Assembly: GCA_023898625.1 (NCBI GenBank)
Contig: CP060231.1
Coordinates: 737,890 to 801,889 of the forward strand
Origin: Candidatus Nomurabacteria bacterium
Lineage (GTDB): Bacteria; Patescibacteriota; Saccharimonadia; Saccharimonadales; JAGQNJ01
Length of the DNA stretch: 64,000 nucleotides
Reading direction: 5' to 3'
Position 1 is the stretch's first letter. Every line of letters begins with the position of its first letter. Position numbers and translations under genes: made by a program. Of the stretch, positions 29,447 through 37,567 are shown piece by piece. The notes beneath the pieces are model-generated. The model was not told the origin of the DNA and did no database searches. It saw only the letters and a list, made by a program, of their open reading frames with translations.

Positions 29447-29974
29447 ATGCGAATCATTTCAGGTATTTACGGAGGGCGGACAATACAATCACCATCTGGT
29501 CACAAAACTCACCCAATGAGCGAGAAAATGCGTGGCGCAATTTTTAATGCACTCGGTGATATAAAGGGATTGTCATTTTTAGATGCCTATGGTGGAAGTG
29601 GCGCGGTGGCGCTAGAAGCCATTAGTAGGGGCGCAACTAATGTTACTGCAATTGATTCGGATAAAAACGCTATTCAAACAATCAAAGCAAATGCACATGC
29701 ACTAAAGGCAGATGTAAAGGTTACTCAGGTCAATATAAGTTCATGGCTAGATAATAATCCAGGGCATTGTTTTGATATTATAGTCGCCGATCCACCATAC
29801 AATAATGTAAACAAAACACATCTTTATAAGCTCGCCAAAGCATTAAATAGTGGTGGTGTAATCATATATTCGTTGCCACCAAAGGAAGATATCCGTCTTA
29901 GTGATTCTTACCAAATTTTGTCTGAACGAGAATATGGCGATTCTAGGCTGGTATTCTATCGATTTATCGGTTAA
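29447..29974 (+). CDS. rsmD: 16S rRNA (guanine966-N2)-methyltransferase RsmD
   Basis: 175 aa with RIISGIYGGRTI, a TxPMSEKMRGAIFN-like motif, GSGAVALEA and ADPPY. Confidence 0.85.
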   Translation: MRIISGIYGGRTIQSPSGHKTHPMSEKMRGAIFNALGDIKGLSFLDAYGGSGAVALEAISRGATNVTAIDSDKNAIQTIKANAHALKADVKVTQVNISSWLDNNPGHCFDIIVADPPYNNVNKTHLYKLAKALNSGGVIIYSLPPKEDIRLSDSYQILSEREYGDSRLVFYRFIG

Positions 29975-30004
29975 AATATACCTCGTATTAAATGTACATT
30001 GCTT

Positions 30005-30089
30005 GGGCGAGTGGTGGAATTGGTAGACACGCTAGTCTTAGGAACTAGTGTCGCAAGACGTGAAGGTTCAAGTCCTTTCTCGCCCACCA
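30005..30089 (+). tRNA. tRNA-Leu, anticodon UAG, encoded CCA end
   Basis: I folded the cloverleaf by hand. Acceptor stem is GGGCGAG/CTCGCCC and the D-loop is GGAATTGGTAGAC. The anticodon stem CTAGT/ACTAG carries loop CT-TAG-GA. There is a long variable arm and a T-arm GAAGG-TTCAAGT-CCTTT, followed by A-CCA. Confidence 0.9.
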
Positions 30090-30109
30090 TTTTTAAGAAA
30101 ACCTCAAAC

Positions 30110-30132
30110 ATCGCTCGAAAGGGCGATTTTTT
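30110..30132 (+). terminator. Intrinsic terminator after tRNA-Leu
   Basis: Stem ATCGC(T)/(G)GCGAT around a GAAA-type loop, followed by T6. Confidence 0.6.
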
Positions 30133-30227
30133 GCATTTTTGGATTTTCCCGCCGATTTTCTTTTTTTAGTTGAGAAAAGTCAGGACGGTCGGTTTGTTTA
30201 CACTGTTAGAGTGATATAATCATTCCC

Positions 30228-30845
30228 ATGAGTGAAACGAATAGCAGAACTATTGAAAGTTACGACACGCATATACAAGAATATATTGACGGCACACCTC
30301 ACGAGGTTTCTGGAGTTGTCAAAGATTGGCTAGACGCCTCTCTTGCAGGTGTGCCAAAGGACGCACGAATTCTAGAGTTTGGAAGTGCTTTTGGGCGTGA
30401 TGCTGAATACCTTGCAGGACTTGGTTACGCTGTTGAGTGTACAGATGCTAGCACGGCATTTGTTGAGTTGTTGCAGACAAAAGGTTTTGACGCAAAAGTA
30501 CTCAATGCTATTACTGACGAACTTCCGCTAGGACTTGATTACGTGTTGGCAAACGCCGTATTATTGCATTTTACGCGCGTTGAAGCAGAGCATGTTATTG
30601 CGAAAGTCTACGACGCACTAAATACAAATGGTAAATTTGCGTTTACATTGAAACAAGGTGAGGGGGAGGGTTGGTCAGAGGCAAAACTAGGCGCTCCACG
30701 CTTTTTCTGCTACTGGACTGAGCCACAAATTCATGAAGTGCTTGAAAACACAGGCTTTGGTGCTGTTGAGATTAGTGGCGATAAGGCAACAGCAAACTCT
30801 ACATGGTTGCATATAATTGCGAAGAAGACCGAGAATAATGTCTAA
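30228..30845 (+). CDS. Class I SAM-dependent methyltransferase
   Basis: 205 aa with motif I ILEFGSAFGRDAEYL. It looks visibly more GC-rich than its neighbours. An extended -10 TGaTATAAT ends 7 nt before the ATG. Confidence 0.7.
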   Translation: MSETNSRTIESYDTHIQEYIDGTPHEVSGVVKDWLDASLAGVPKDARILEFGSAFGRDAEYLAGLGYAVECTDASTAFVELLQTKGFDAKVLNAITDELPLGLDYVLANAVLLHFTRVEAEHVIAKVYDALNTNGKFAFTLKQGEGEGWSEAKLGAPRFFCYWTEPQIHEVLENTGFGAVEISGDKATANSTWLHIIAKKTENNV

Positions 30846-31443
30846 TTTACCAACGCCTGAGCAAATCGAGTTGTTGCACAAAAAATACGCGCCAACAGAA
30901 AGTGTCTTTGAGTTGGTTTTTACACACTGCAGAATTGTTAGTGAAATCGCTGTACAATTAGCGAAAAAGTCGGGCGCAAATGTAGACATCGAGCTCGTAA
31001 AAGTGGGTTCTTTACTTCATGATATAGGAGTCTATTCACTATTTGACAACAATGGTGTTGAGATAGATGTCAGTAAATATATTACACATGGTATTCGTGG
31101 GGAAGAAATACTAAGAAACGAGGGTTTTGCTAAGGAACTCTGCAGATTTGCATCACACCATACTGGCGCAGGAATCACAAAAAGACAAATAATAGAAAAT
31201 AAACTACCTTTGCCGGCTAAAGATTACCTTGCTGAAACACCAGAAGAAGAATTGGTTATGTACGCCGATAAATTCCATTCCAAAATCGATCCACCCGTAT
31301 TTAACTCTCATAAGTTTTATACAGAATACGTTGCTCGTTTTGGCGTTGAGGCGGTAGAAAGCTTTGATAAGTTAACGAAAAAATTTGGCAAGCCTGAGTT
31401 AGAACTGCTGATATCAAAATATAAACACGGCTGGAGGGATTAG
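30838..31443 (+). CDS. HD domain phosphohydrolase
   Basis: It has the HD signature (LLHDIGVY ... HH.GAG). I chose the start at ATG 30838 (MSNLPTPEQ), which overlaps the methyltransferase stop by 8 nt. Confidence 0.7.
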   Translation: MSNLPTPEQIELLHKKYAPTESVFELVFTHCRIVSEIAVQLAKKSGANVDIELVKVGSLLHDIGVYSLFDNNGVEIDVSKYITHGIRGEEILRNEGFAKELCRFASHHTGAGITKRQIIENKLPLPAKDYLAETPEEELVMYADKFHSKIDPPVFNSHKFYTEYVARFGVEAVESFDKLTKKFGKPELELLISKYKHGWRD

Positions 31444-31566
31444 GCCTGCTGTTTTAGAAAGTATACTTATGCCAAATCTGCTAGTTACTAAGCAGATTAG
31501 CCTGAGTCAGTGTGCATATAAGCAAACTGATGATAAAATACAGGTATTATTTAAAAAAGGACAAAT

Positions 31567-32031
31567 ATGAACTTAGCTTTATTAGCTCAATCAACAACAT
31601 CATCAGGATGTACTCTAAATGGCCAACCCGTAAGTTGCTCGGAACTTGCCGACAAGGCCGGACCATTAATTGGCGGAATACTGATATTTGTATTGTTAGG
31701 CATCATCTTAGTGGCTTTGTTGATTTTTTGGATATTTATGTTGGTGCACGCTATCAGACACAATAGTCCTAACAAAACCGTTTGGCTTGTTGTGTTGATT
31801 GTGTCATTAATTCTGGGGTTTGCACCACTGGCTGCTATTGTTTACTTTTTTGCCGAGAAAAAGAAAGCCGATCAATTTCCTGCCTCAAGTCAAGTGGCAC
31901 CAGTTGCATCCAGTAACACACCTGTATCTTCACCAACAGATATAAGCAGTAATAATACAACTACAACATCTCCAACCTCTCCTACGCCTCCTACCTCACC
32001 TACACCTCCAACTGCACCACCCAATGCTTAA
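31567..32031 (+). CDS. Small membrane protein with a PLDc_N-type domain and a Pro/Thr/Ser-rich tail
   Basis: 154 aa. FWIFMLVHAIRHNSPNKTVWLVVLIV...AAIVYFF fits the PLD-nuclease N-terminal TM domain pattern. The C-terminus reads TSPTSPTPPTSPTPPTAPP. Confidence 0.5.
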   Translation: MNLALLAQSTTSSGCTLNGQPVSCSELADKAGPLIGGILIFVLLGIILVALLIFWIFMLVHAIRHNSPNKTVWLVVLIVSLILGFAPLAAIVYFFAEKKKADQFPASSQVAPVASSNTPVSSPTDISSNNTTTTSPTSPTPPTSPTPPTAPPNA

Positions 32032-32188
32032 AGTTCTTTATATACGATAAGTTATGCAAATTTTGCTTAGCATAGAGTTTTTGAACAAGCAGTTCCCCAT
32101 GCGAGCTACTAAATTTTCAATTAATAAATGATATCTACATGTTTTTTATCGATAACGATAATGCTATGATTACATTAAGACCAAAGAC

Positions 32189-33292
32189 ATGAAGCGTATC
32201 AAGATATTTTTCATTAAGAAGCGAGTTATTGCTTCTATTGTAGTTGTTGCAATTCTAGGATCTGTGATCATTTGGTCAATAAAAGCATCTACATTTTCAA
32301 TATCCCTTGAAATTGAGCAGGGAAATAGAACCTCAGAAGTAAGTATTGGTTCTGAGAAAAATGCTTCAGGTGGTTCTTTTGTGCTATTTGGAACCAAGCA
32401 AAATAGTGATGATATTAGTTCAAGCAAGCCATGCGGAGCAACAGCACCACCAGCAAAGTGGAATCATGTTGTAGTGCTAATCTTTGAAAATAAGAAATAT
32501 AGTGAAGTTATTACATCTAAAAACTCGCCTTATATTGCAGACCTAGCTAAAAAGTGCGGCACTTATGCTAACTGGAAAGATGCAGACTATAAAGTCAACG
32601 GCCAAAAGGATGGGTCGTATTCGTCCAAACCAAACTATGCAACTTTAACAAGTGGTTTATCGCCTTCTGCTCACAACATTAAGGATAACGATTATGTCGA
32701 CACTACATCTGTGGATAATATTTTTAACAAACTAAATAGCCTTGGTAAGATGGCCAAATCATATATCAGTACAAAAAATAAGATTCCAAATTGCGCAAAT
32801 AGCGGTGACCAGAAGGGTTCATATCATGATCCAATGAGGTTCTATTCTAATCTTGGCGGTCAATCTGCCAGTACGAGTACATATTGCAATACTCATGACG
32901 TCCCGGCTAATACTTTTTTAACTGATTTAAACAACGGTAACCTGCCGGCTCTATCAATAGTAATTCCTACAAATGACGAGAACACTCATGATAACTCCAT
33001 CCCTTCTGGAGATGCATGGGCACATAATTTTCTTAATCCATTATTTGATAGTAATGCGTATAAGAAGGGAGATATAGCATTTTTCTTTTTATGGGATGAA
33101 GATACCCCGATACCATCAGTTTTTGTTGCTCCATCTATTATTCCAGGTTCATCTCCAGTTCTAAAAAGTGGGAGCAATCCATTTAGTCATTTCAGTGCTC
33201 TTAAAACGTGGCAAGAAATGCTAGATGCAAAGCCATTTTTAGGGGAATCGGGACAAGCACCAAGTTTATTAGATTACTATAATGGGAGATGA
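32189..33292 (+). CDS. Secreted/anchored phosphoesterase-family protein (phospholipase C / acid phosphatase type)
   Basis: 367 aa with an N-terminal signal/anchor. WNHVVVLIFENKKYSEVI resembles the N-terminal HVVvlxxENrSFD motif of the phosphoesterase family (PF04185-type). Confidence 0.5.
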   Translation: MKRIKIFFIKKRVIASIVVVAILGSVIIWSIKASTFSISLEIEQGNRTSEVSIGSEKNASGGSFVLFGTKQNSDDISSSKPCGATAPPAKWNHVVVLIFENKKYSEVITSKNSPYIADLAKKCGTYANWKDADYKVNGQKDGSYSSKPNYATLTSGLSPSAHNIKDNDYVDTTSVDNIFNKLNSLGKMAKSYISTKNKIPNCANSGDQKGSYHDPMRFYSNLGGQSASTSTYCNTHDVPANTFLTDLNNGNLPALSIVIPTNDENTHDNSIPSGDAWAHNFLNPLFDSNAYKKGDIAFFFLWDEDTPIPSVFVAPSIIPGSSPVLKSGSNPFSHFSALKTWQEMLDAKPFLGESGQAPSLLDYYNGR

Positions 33293-33891
33293 TTTATATG
33301 GCTGAGATAATTTCAAAGAAGCTGTTAAGAAATTCTAAAGCATATGCAGGCATGTTATTTATTGGGTTGTTGATAATCGCTTGTGTAGTTTCGATTTGTA
33401 TATTTGTGTATTCACGAGGCTTAAATAGAAACATCAATACAGCTAGCCCTTTAACACAGCCAAATAAAGCAGATCAAAGCAATACAACCGAAGCTTCAGG
33501 TGCTAGTGATGAGTATGCCTTGGTTAATGGAGGACCTAGCAAGATGGCAACAGCCGGATTGTCAACAACAGAGTATTTTGAACGTCTCGAAAAGCCTACG
33601 GTCACATTTAACTTAGTCGTTGAGGAAGGAAAATTGATTAGTGGGCCTTCAAAAATCGAGGTCAATAAAGATTCCACGGTTCGTGTAAATATAAATGTTG
33701 AGGATGAGGAGGCGCGAGTACGTCTAGAAGGATATGAGATCATTACGGAAAGTGACTTACCCTCTCCCGGTGGATATAGCTTTATAGCAAATAAGACAGG
33801 TGCTTTTAATTTTTATGCTCTCCCAGAAGACGAGCATGAGCAGTCTGACTTTAATAAACCTCAAGTATTAGGGCAAATTATTGTAAAATAG
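33289..33891 (+). CDS. Hypothetical membrane-anchored protein (beta-rich ectodomain)
   Basis: 200 aa with one TM helix. Its start overlaps the upstream stop (ATGA). I recognised no catalytic motif. An alternative start exists at 33298. Confidence 0.45.
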   Translation: MIYMAEIISKKLLRNSKAYAGMLFIGLLIIACVVSICIFVYSRGLNRNINTASPLTQPNKADQSNTTEASGASDEYALVNGGPSKMATAGLSTTEYFERLEKPTVTFNLVVEEGKLISGPSKIEVNKDSTVRVNINVEDEEARVRLEGYEIITESDLPSPGGYSFIANKTGAFNFYALPEDEHEQSDFNKPQVLGQIIVK

Positions 33892-34043
33892 AATAATATC
33901 CAATTAATGGAACTAGCTGAACTTTAATCAATGTGCCCTATAGAAAATATTAACTCTGTAAAGCGTATATCTGATAACAGATGTATGAAACTGTAACAGA
34001 ATTTATTTAAAATATATATCGATAGTGGTAATATTGATTAGAG

Positions 34044-35351
34044 ATGAGTTTATCAACACAACCATATAAAGGTGCTAGGGACTTCTATCCTGAAGACAAG
34101 CGTTTGCAGGAGTGGATTTTTAATAAGTGGCGCAATGTTGTTGAGAGTTTTGGATATGAAGAGTATGACGCACCAATGCTTGAACCTACCGAATTGTATG
34201 CTAGTAAAACTAGTGACGAAATTGTTAATGAACAAACCTATAGTTTTACCGATCGCGGTAACCGCCAAGTAACTATTCGGACAGAAATGACCCCATCGGT
34301 AAGCCGTATGGTGGCTGGCAAGCGTCAAGAGCTGGCGTATCCACTGCGTTGGTATTCTATCCCGAATTTATGGCGCTATGAAAGGCCACAGCGTGGAAGA
34401 CTTCGTGAATTTTGGCAGTTGAACGTTGATTTGTTTGGCATTGGTAATTTATCTGCAGATTTTGAAATGATTCAACTTAGTCATGAAATAATGAAGTCTT
34501 TTGGCGCTAAGCCCAGGATGTATGAAATACATATCAATAGCCGGAAGTTAGTAAATTACCTACTTCAAGGTTATCTTGGCATGGATGAGGTGCAAGCCTC
34601 AACGGTGATTCGACTTGTTGATAGACTTCATAAAATGCCCAGAAGTGAATTTAGTGCCAAGATAGACGCATTGTTAACAATGCAACAACGAGAGGATAGG
34701 CTTACGGAGCGATTAAATACCTTGTTGCACGTACAATCTGTTTCTGAATTACCTGACGTAACCCAGTCCAATGCCACAGTCATGGAACTAACTAATTTAA
34801 TGACGTTAGCCAAACAATCTGGAATTACAAATGTAATATTTGACATAACATTAATGCGGGGCTTTGATTACTATACAGATATTGTTTTTGAGGTATTTGA
34901 TACGCATACCGAGAACAATCGTTCAATGTTTGGAGGTGGCCGATACGATGGTTTAGTGGCTCAGTTTGGAGTTGACCCTGTGCCTACAGTCGGCTTCGGA
35001 ATGGGCGATGCTACTTTATATAATTTTTTGGTTTTGCACGATTTGCTTCCGTCGATAACTACTAATACAGATGTTTATGTTGCATTGCTAGGAAATGTTT
35101 ACGAGCAAGCCTTGAGGCCAATTTCATTACTACGTGAAATGGAACTTAATGTGGCAGTTGATAGTAGTGGCCGAAAGGTAGAAAAACAAATTAAAACAGC
35201 CGATAAAAAAGGAATTCGCTACGTACTCTTTATTGGTGACCACGAGCTGGCCAGCGAGCATTATAAACTAAAAGATTTAAAAACTGGTGTTGAAGAACCG
35301 CATAGCTTGGAGCGAATAGCCTCGATTATAAAAGACTATCGACGCAAGTAA
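34044..35351 (+). CDS. hisS: Histidine--tRNA ligase
   Basis: 435 aa with class II motifs (YRYERPQRGRLREFWQ, GGGRYDGL) and an anticodon-binding C-terminus. Confidence 0.92.
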   Translation: MSLSTQPYKGARDFYPEDKRLQEWIFNKWRNVVESFGYEEYDAPMLEPTELYASKTSDEIVNEQTYSFTDRGNRQVTIRTEMTPSVSRMVAGKRQELAYPLRWYSIPNLWRYERPQRGRLREFWQLNVDLFGIGNLSADFEMIQLSHEIMKSFGAKPRMYEIHINSRKLVNYLLQGYLGMDEVQASTVIRLVDRLHKMPRSEFSAKIDALLTMQQREDRLTERLNTLLHVQSVSELPDVTQSNATVMELTNLMTLAKQSGITNVIFDITLMRGFDYYTDIVFEVFDTHTENNRSMFGGGRYDGLVAQFGVDPVPTVGFGMGDATLYNFLVLHDLLPSITTNTDVYVALLGNVYEQALRPISLLREMELNVAVDSSGRKVEKQIKTADKKGIRYVLFIGDHELASEHYKLKDLKTGVEEPHSLERIASIIKDYRRK

Positions 35352-35419
35352 CCAAAAATACTTTTGATTGAAGTAAATGCTCTGGACTGAAATAGGATTT
35401 GATGATACAGTTAGTCACT

Positions 35420-36703
35420 ATGCAGATTAAAAGAAATGACATATCATCAACGAAAATAAAACTAATTATTAGTGCTGACGACGATGAAATATCAAAACTT
35501 AAAGATAAGATTCTGACTAAATTTCAGGTAAAAAGCAAGATTCCTGGCTTTCGTCAGGGTAAAGCACCTCTTTCGGTAGTAGAAAAGCATGTTGAAAGCT
35601 CCGCTCTTCAGGCTGAATTCATCGATGAGGCAATAAATTCGTTATACATAGGTGCTATTAATCAGGAAAAGATTAAGCCATTTGGTTCCCCAAAGATTTC
35701 GTTATCAAAATTCGTGCCATTCACTACTTTAGAGTTTGAAGCTGAAGCTGATACGCTTGGCAAAGTTAAGCTAACCGATTATAAAAAAATAAAAAAACAG
35801 CCTGTGAAGGCGAAAGTAACTGCTGAAGATGTTAATGAAGTAATTGATAGTCTAAGGACTAGGTCTGCTACAAAGAAAGAAGTAACTCGCGCTTCAAAAG
35901 AATCTGACGAGGTTATAATTGATTTTAGGGGTGTTGACAGCAAGAAGCAACCAATACAAGGAGCAGACGGGAAAGATTACGCACTTACATTAGGTAGTAA
36001 GGCATTTATTCCAGGATTTGAGGATAATCTCATTGGCCTAAAGCCAAAGCAGGAGAAAACATTTGATTTGAAGTTCCCTAAAGATTACGGAGTTAAGGAT
36101 CTGTCTAGCAAAAAAGTAACCTTTACAGTAAACATTAATCAGATTAACGAGATAACTAAACCAAAATTAGACGCTGAGTTTGCTGGCAAAATTGGGCCAT
36201 TCAAAACCGTTGCTGAAATGAAAGAAGATATCAAAAAACACCTCTTAGCTGAAAAACAAAAGCAGGAAGATCAAAAGCTAGAGAACGAAATTGTCCTTGA
36301 AGTTGTTGATAAAAGTGAGGTTGATTTGCCGGATGTTTTGGTTGCAGAGCAAATCGAACGATTAAAGACAGAAGTAAGGCAAAATCTAACTTATCGAGGT
36401 CAGACTTGGCAAGAAATGCTCGAGGAAGAAGGATCTAGTGAGGAGCAGTTTATTGATAAACAACTGCGACCTGAAGCCGAGAGAAGAGTTAAAACTGGGT
36501 TAGTATTATCTGAAATTTCAGTTAAAGAGAATCTAGATGTAACTAAAAATGAGCTAGATACCAGGATGCAAGAATTAAAAGATCAATATAGTGATCAAGC
36601 TATGCAGGCAGAGCTTGCAAAGCCAGAAGCCAGGCAAGAAATTGCATCGCGAATGATTACAGAAAAAACAGTTAAAAAGCTAGTTGAAATTGCTACAAAA
36701 TAA
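35420..36703 (+). CDS. tig: Trigger factor
   Basis: It has a ribosome-binding N-terminus (GFRQGKAP), a central FKBP-type PPIase and a C-terminal arm domain. I chose the start at ATG 35420. Confidence 0.88.
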   Translation: MQIKRNDISSTKIKLIISADDDEISKLKDKILTKFQVKSKIPGFRQGKAPLSVVEKHVESSALQAEFIDEAINSLYIGAINQEKIKPFGSPKISLSKFVPFTTLEFEAEADTLGKVKLTDYKKIKKQPVKAKVTAEDVNEVIDSLRTRSATKKEVTRASKESDEVIIDFRGVDSKKQPIQGADGKDYALTLGSKAFIPGFEDNLIGLKPKQEKTFDLKFPKDYGVKDLSSKKVTFTVNINQINEITKPKLDAEFAGKIGPFKTVAEMKEDIKKHLLAEKQKQEDQKLENEIVLEVVDKSEVDLPDVLVAEQIERLKTEVRQNLTYRGQTWQEMLEEEGSSEEQFIDKQLRPEAERRVKTGLVLSEISVKENLDVTKNELDTRMQELKDQYSDQAMQAELAKPEARQEIASRMITEKTVKKLVEIATK

Positions 36704-36721
36704 TTTTACGATGATTATAAA

Positions 36722-36748
36722 TTAGCACTCTTGACTATTGAGTGCCAA
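36722..36748 (+). promoter_or_regulatory. CIRCE element overlapping the clpP promoter
   Basis: TTAGCACTC-TTGACTATT-GAGTGCCAA matches the consensus at 17 of 18 arm positions. TTGACT in the spacer lies 18 nt upstream of TATACT (36755-36760). Confidence 0.75.
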
Positions 36749-36769
36749 GTTCTGTATACTAGATACTAT

Positions 36770-37381
36770 ATGAATATCAAATCTACAAAATCTATTAAAG
36801 ATTCCGTGCTAGTGCCAACAGTTATTGAATCAGAGGGTCGTATGGAGCGCGCCTTTGATATATATTCTAGGCTGTTAAAAGATCGGATTATATTTTTAGG
36901 TACGGACGTTAATGAGCATACTTCAAACTTGATTGTTGCTCAGATGCTGTTCCTTGAAAACGAAGACCCAAAAAAAGATATTAAGTTTTACATCAATAGT
37001 CCTGGCGGCAGCGTGTATGATGCCTTGGCAATCTATGACACAATGCAATACGTTAAATGTGATGTTCAAACAGTTGGTATTGGTGTTCAGGCTAGTGCTG
37101 CAGCCTTTTTGCTGAGTTCAGGGGCAAAAGGCAAGAGGTTTTTGTTACCACATTCTACTGTGATGATACATCAACCATCAGCTGGCACCCGAGGTAAGGT
37201 TACGGATATGGAGATTGACCTCAAGGAAGGCCTTAGACTAAAACAACTATTGAATCAGATCATGGCCAAAAATACTGGTCAGACAGTTAAGAAAATTGCT
37301 CAAGATGCGGAACGTGATTTCTGGATGGACGCACAAGAAGCCAAACAATACGGTCTTGTCGACAAAATACTAACAACCTAA
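36770..37381 (+). CDS. clpP: ATP-dependent Clp protease proteolytic subunit
   Basis: ClpP core (LVPTVIE...[19 protein letters not shown], catalytic GxQASAA and IHQP). I chose ATG 36770. The ORF-track TTG start at 36731 lies inside the CIRCE spacer/-35 box. Confidence 0.9.
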   Translation: MNIKSTKSIKDSVLVPTVIESEGRMERAFDIYSRLLKDRIIFLGTDVNEHTSNLIVAQMLFLENEDPKKDIKFYINSPGGSVYDALAIYDTMQYVKCDVQTVGIGVQASAAAFLLSSGAKGKRFLLPHSTVMIHQPSAGTRGKVTDMEIDLKEGLRLKQLLNQIMAKNTGQTVKKIAQDAERDFWMDAQEAKQYGLVDKILTT

Positions 37382-37567
37382 TCATTGGTACCCATAGGAT
37401 GGCATATAGCCATTATATTAAATATGTATTCTGTGCAGTATATGCGAGCTGTAGTATTTGACGCCTCTACCATTTTTTATTATCATAAGAGGTATTACAA
37501 TCATTTGTATGATAAGTTGTGATTAATAGACGATAAATAAAAGAGGGGTGTAATAAATAAACTAACC

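Noticed and set aside
31512-31766. 84-aa ORF overlapping the start of the PLDc_N membrane protein gene
   Set aside because: It is out of frame with, and largely contained in, the better-supported 31567-32031 gene, which has TM helices, a family motif and an SD-like AAGGAC.
30090-34043. Bona fide integrative island at tRNA-Leu
   Set aside because: I looked for a direct repeat of the tRNA 3' end (…TTCAAGTCCTTTCTCGCCCACCA) and for an integrase gene downstream, and found neither. I therefore report only an accessory block, not a demonstrable mobile island.
36731-36769. TTG start for clpP at 36731
   Set aside because: The TTG is the first three bases of the -35 hexamer inside the CIRCE spacer, so it cannot be on the mRNA if that promoter is used.
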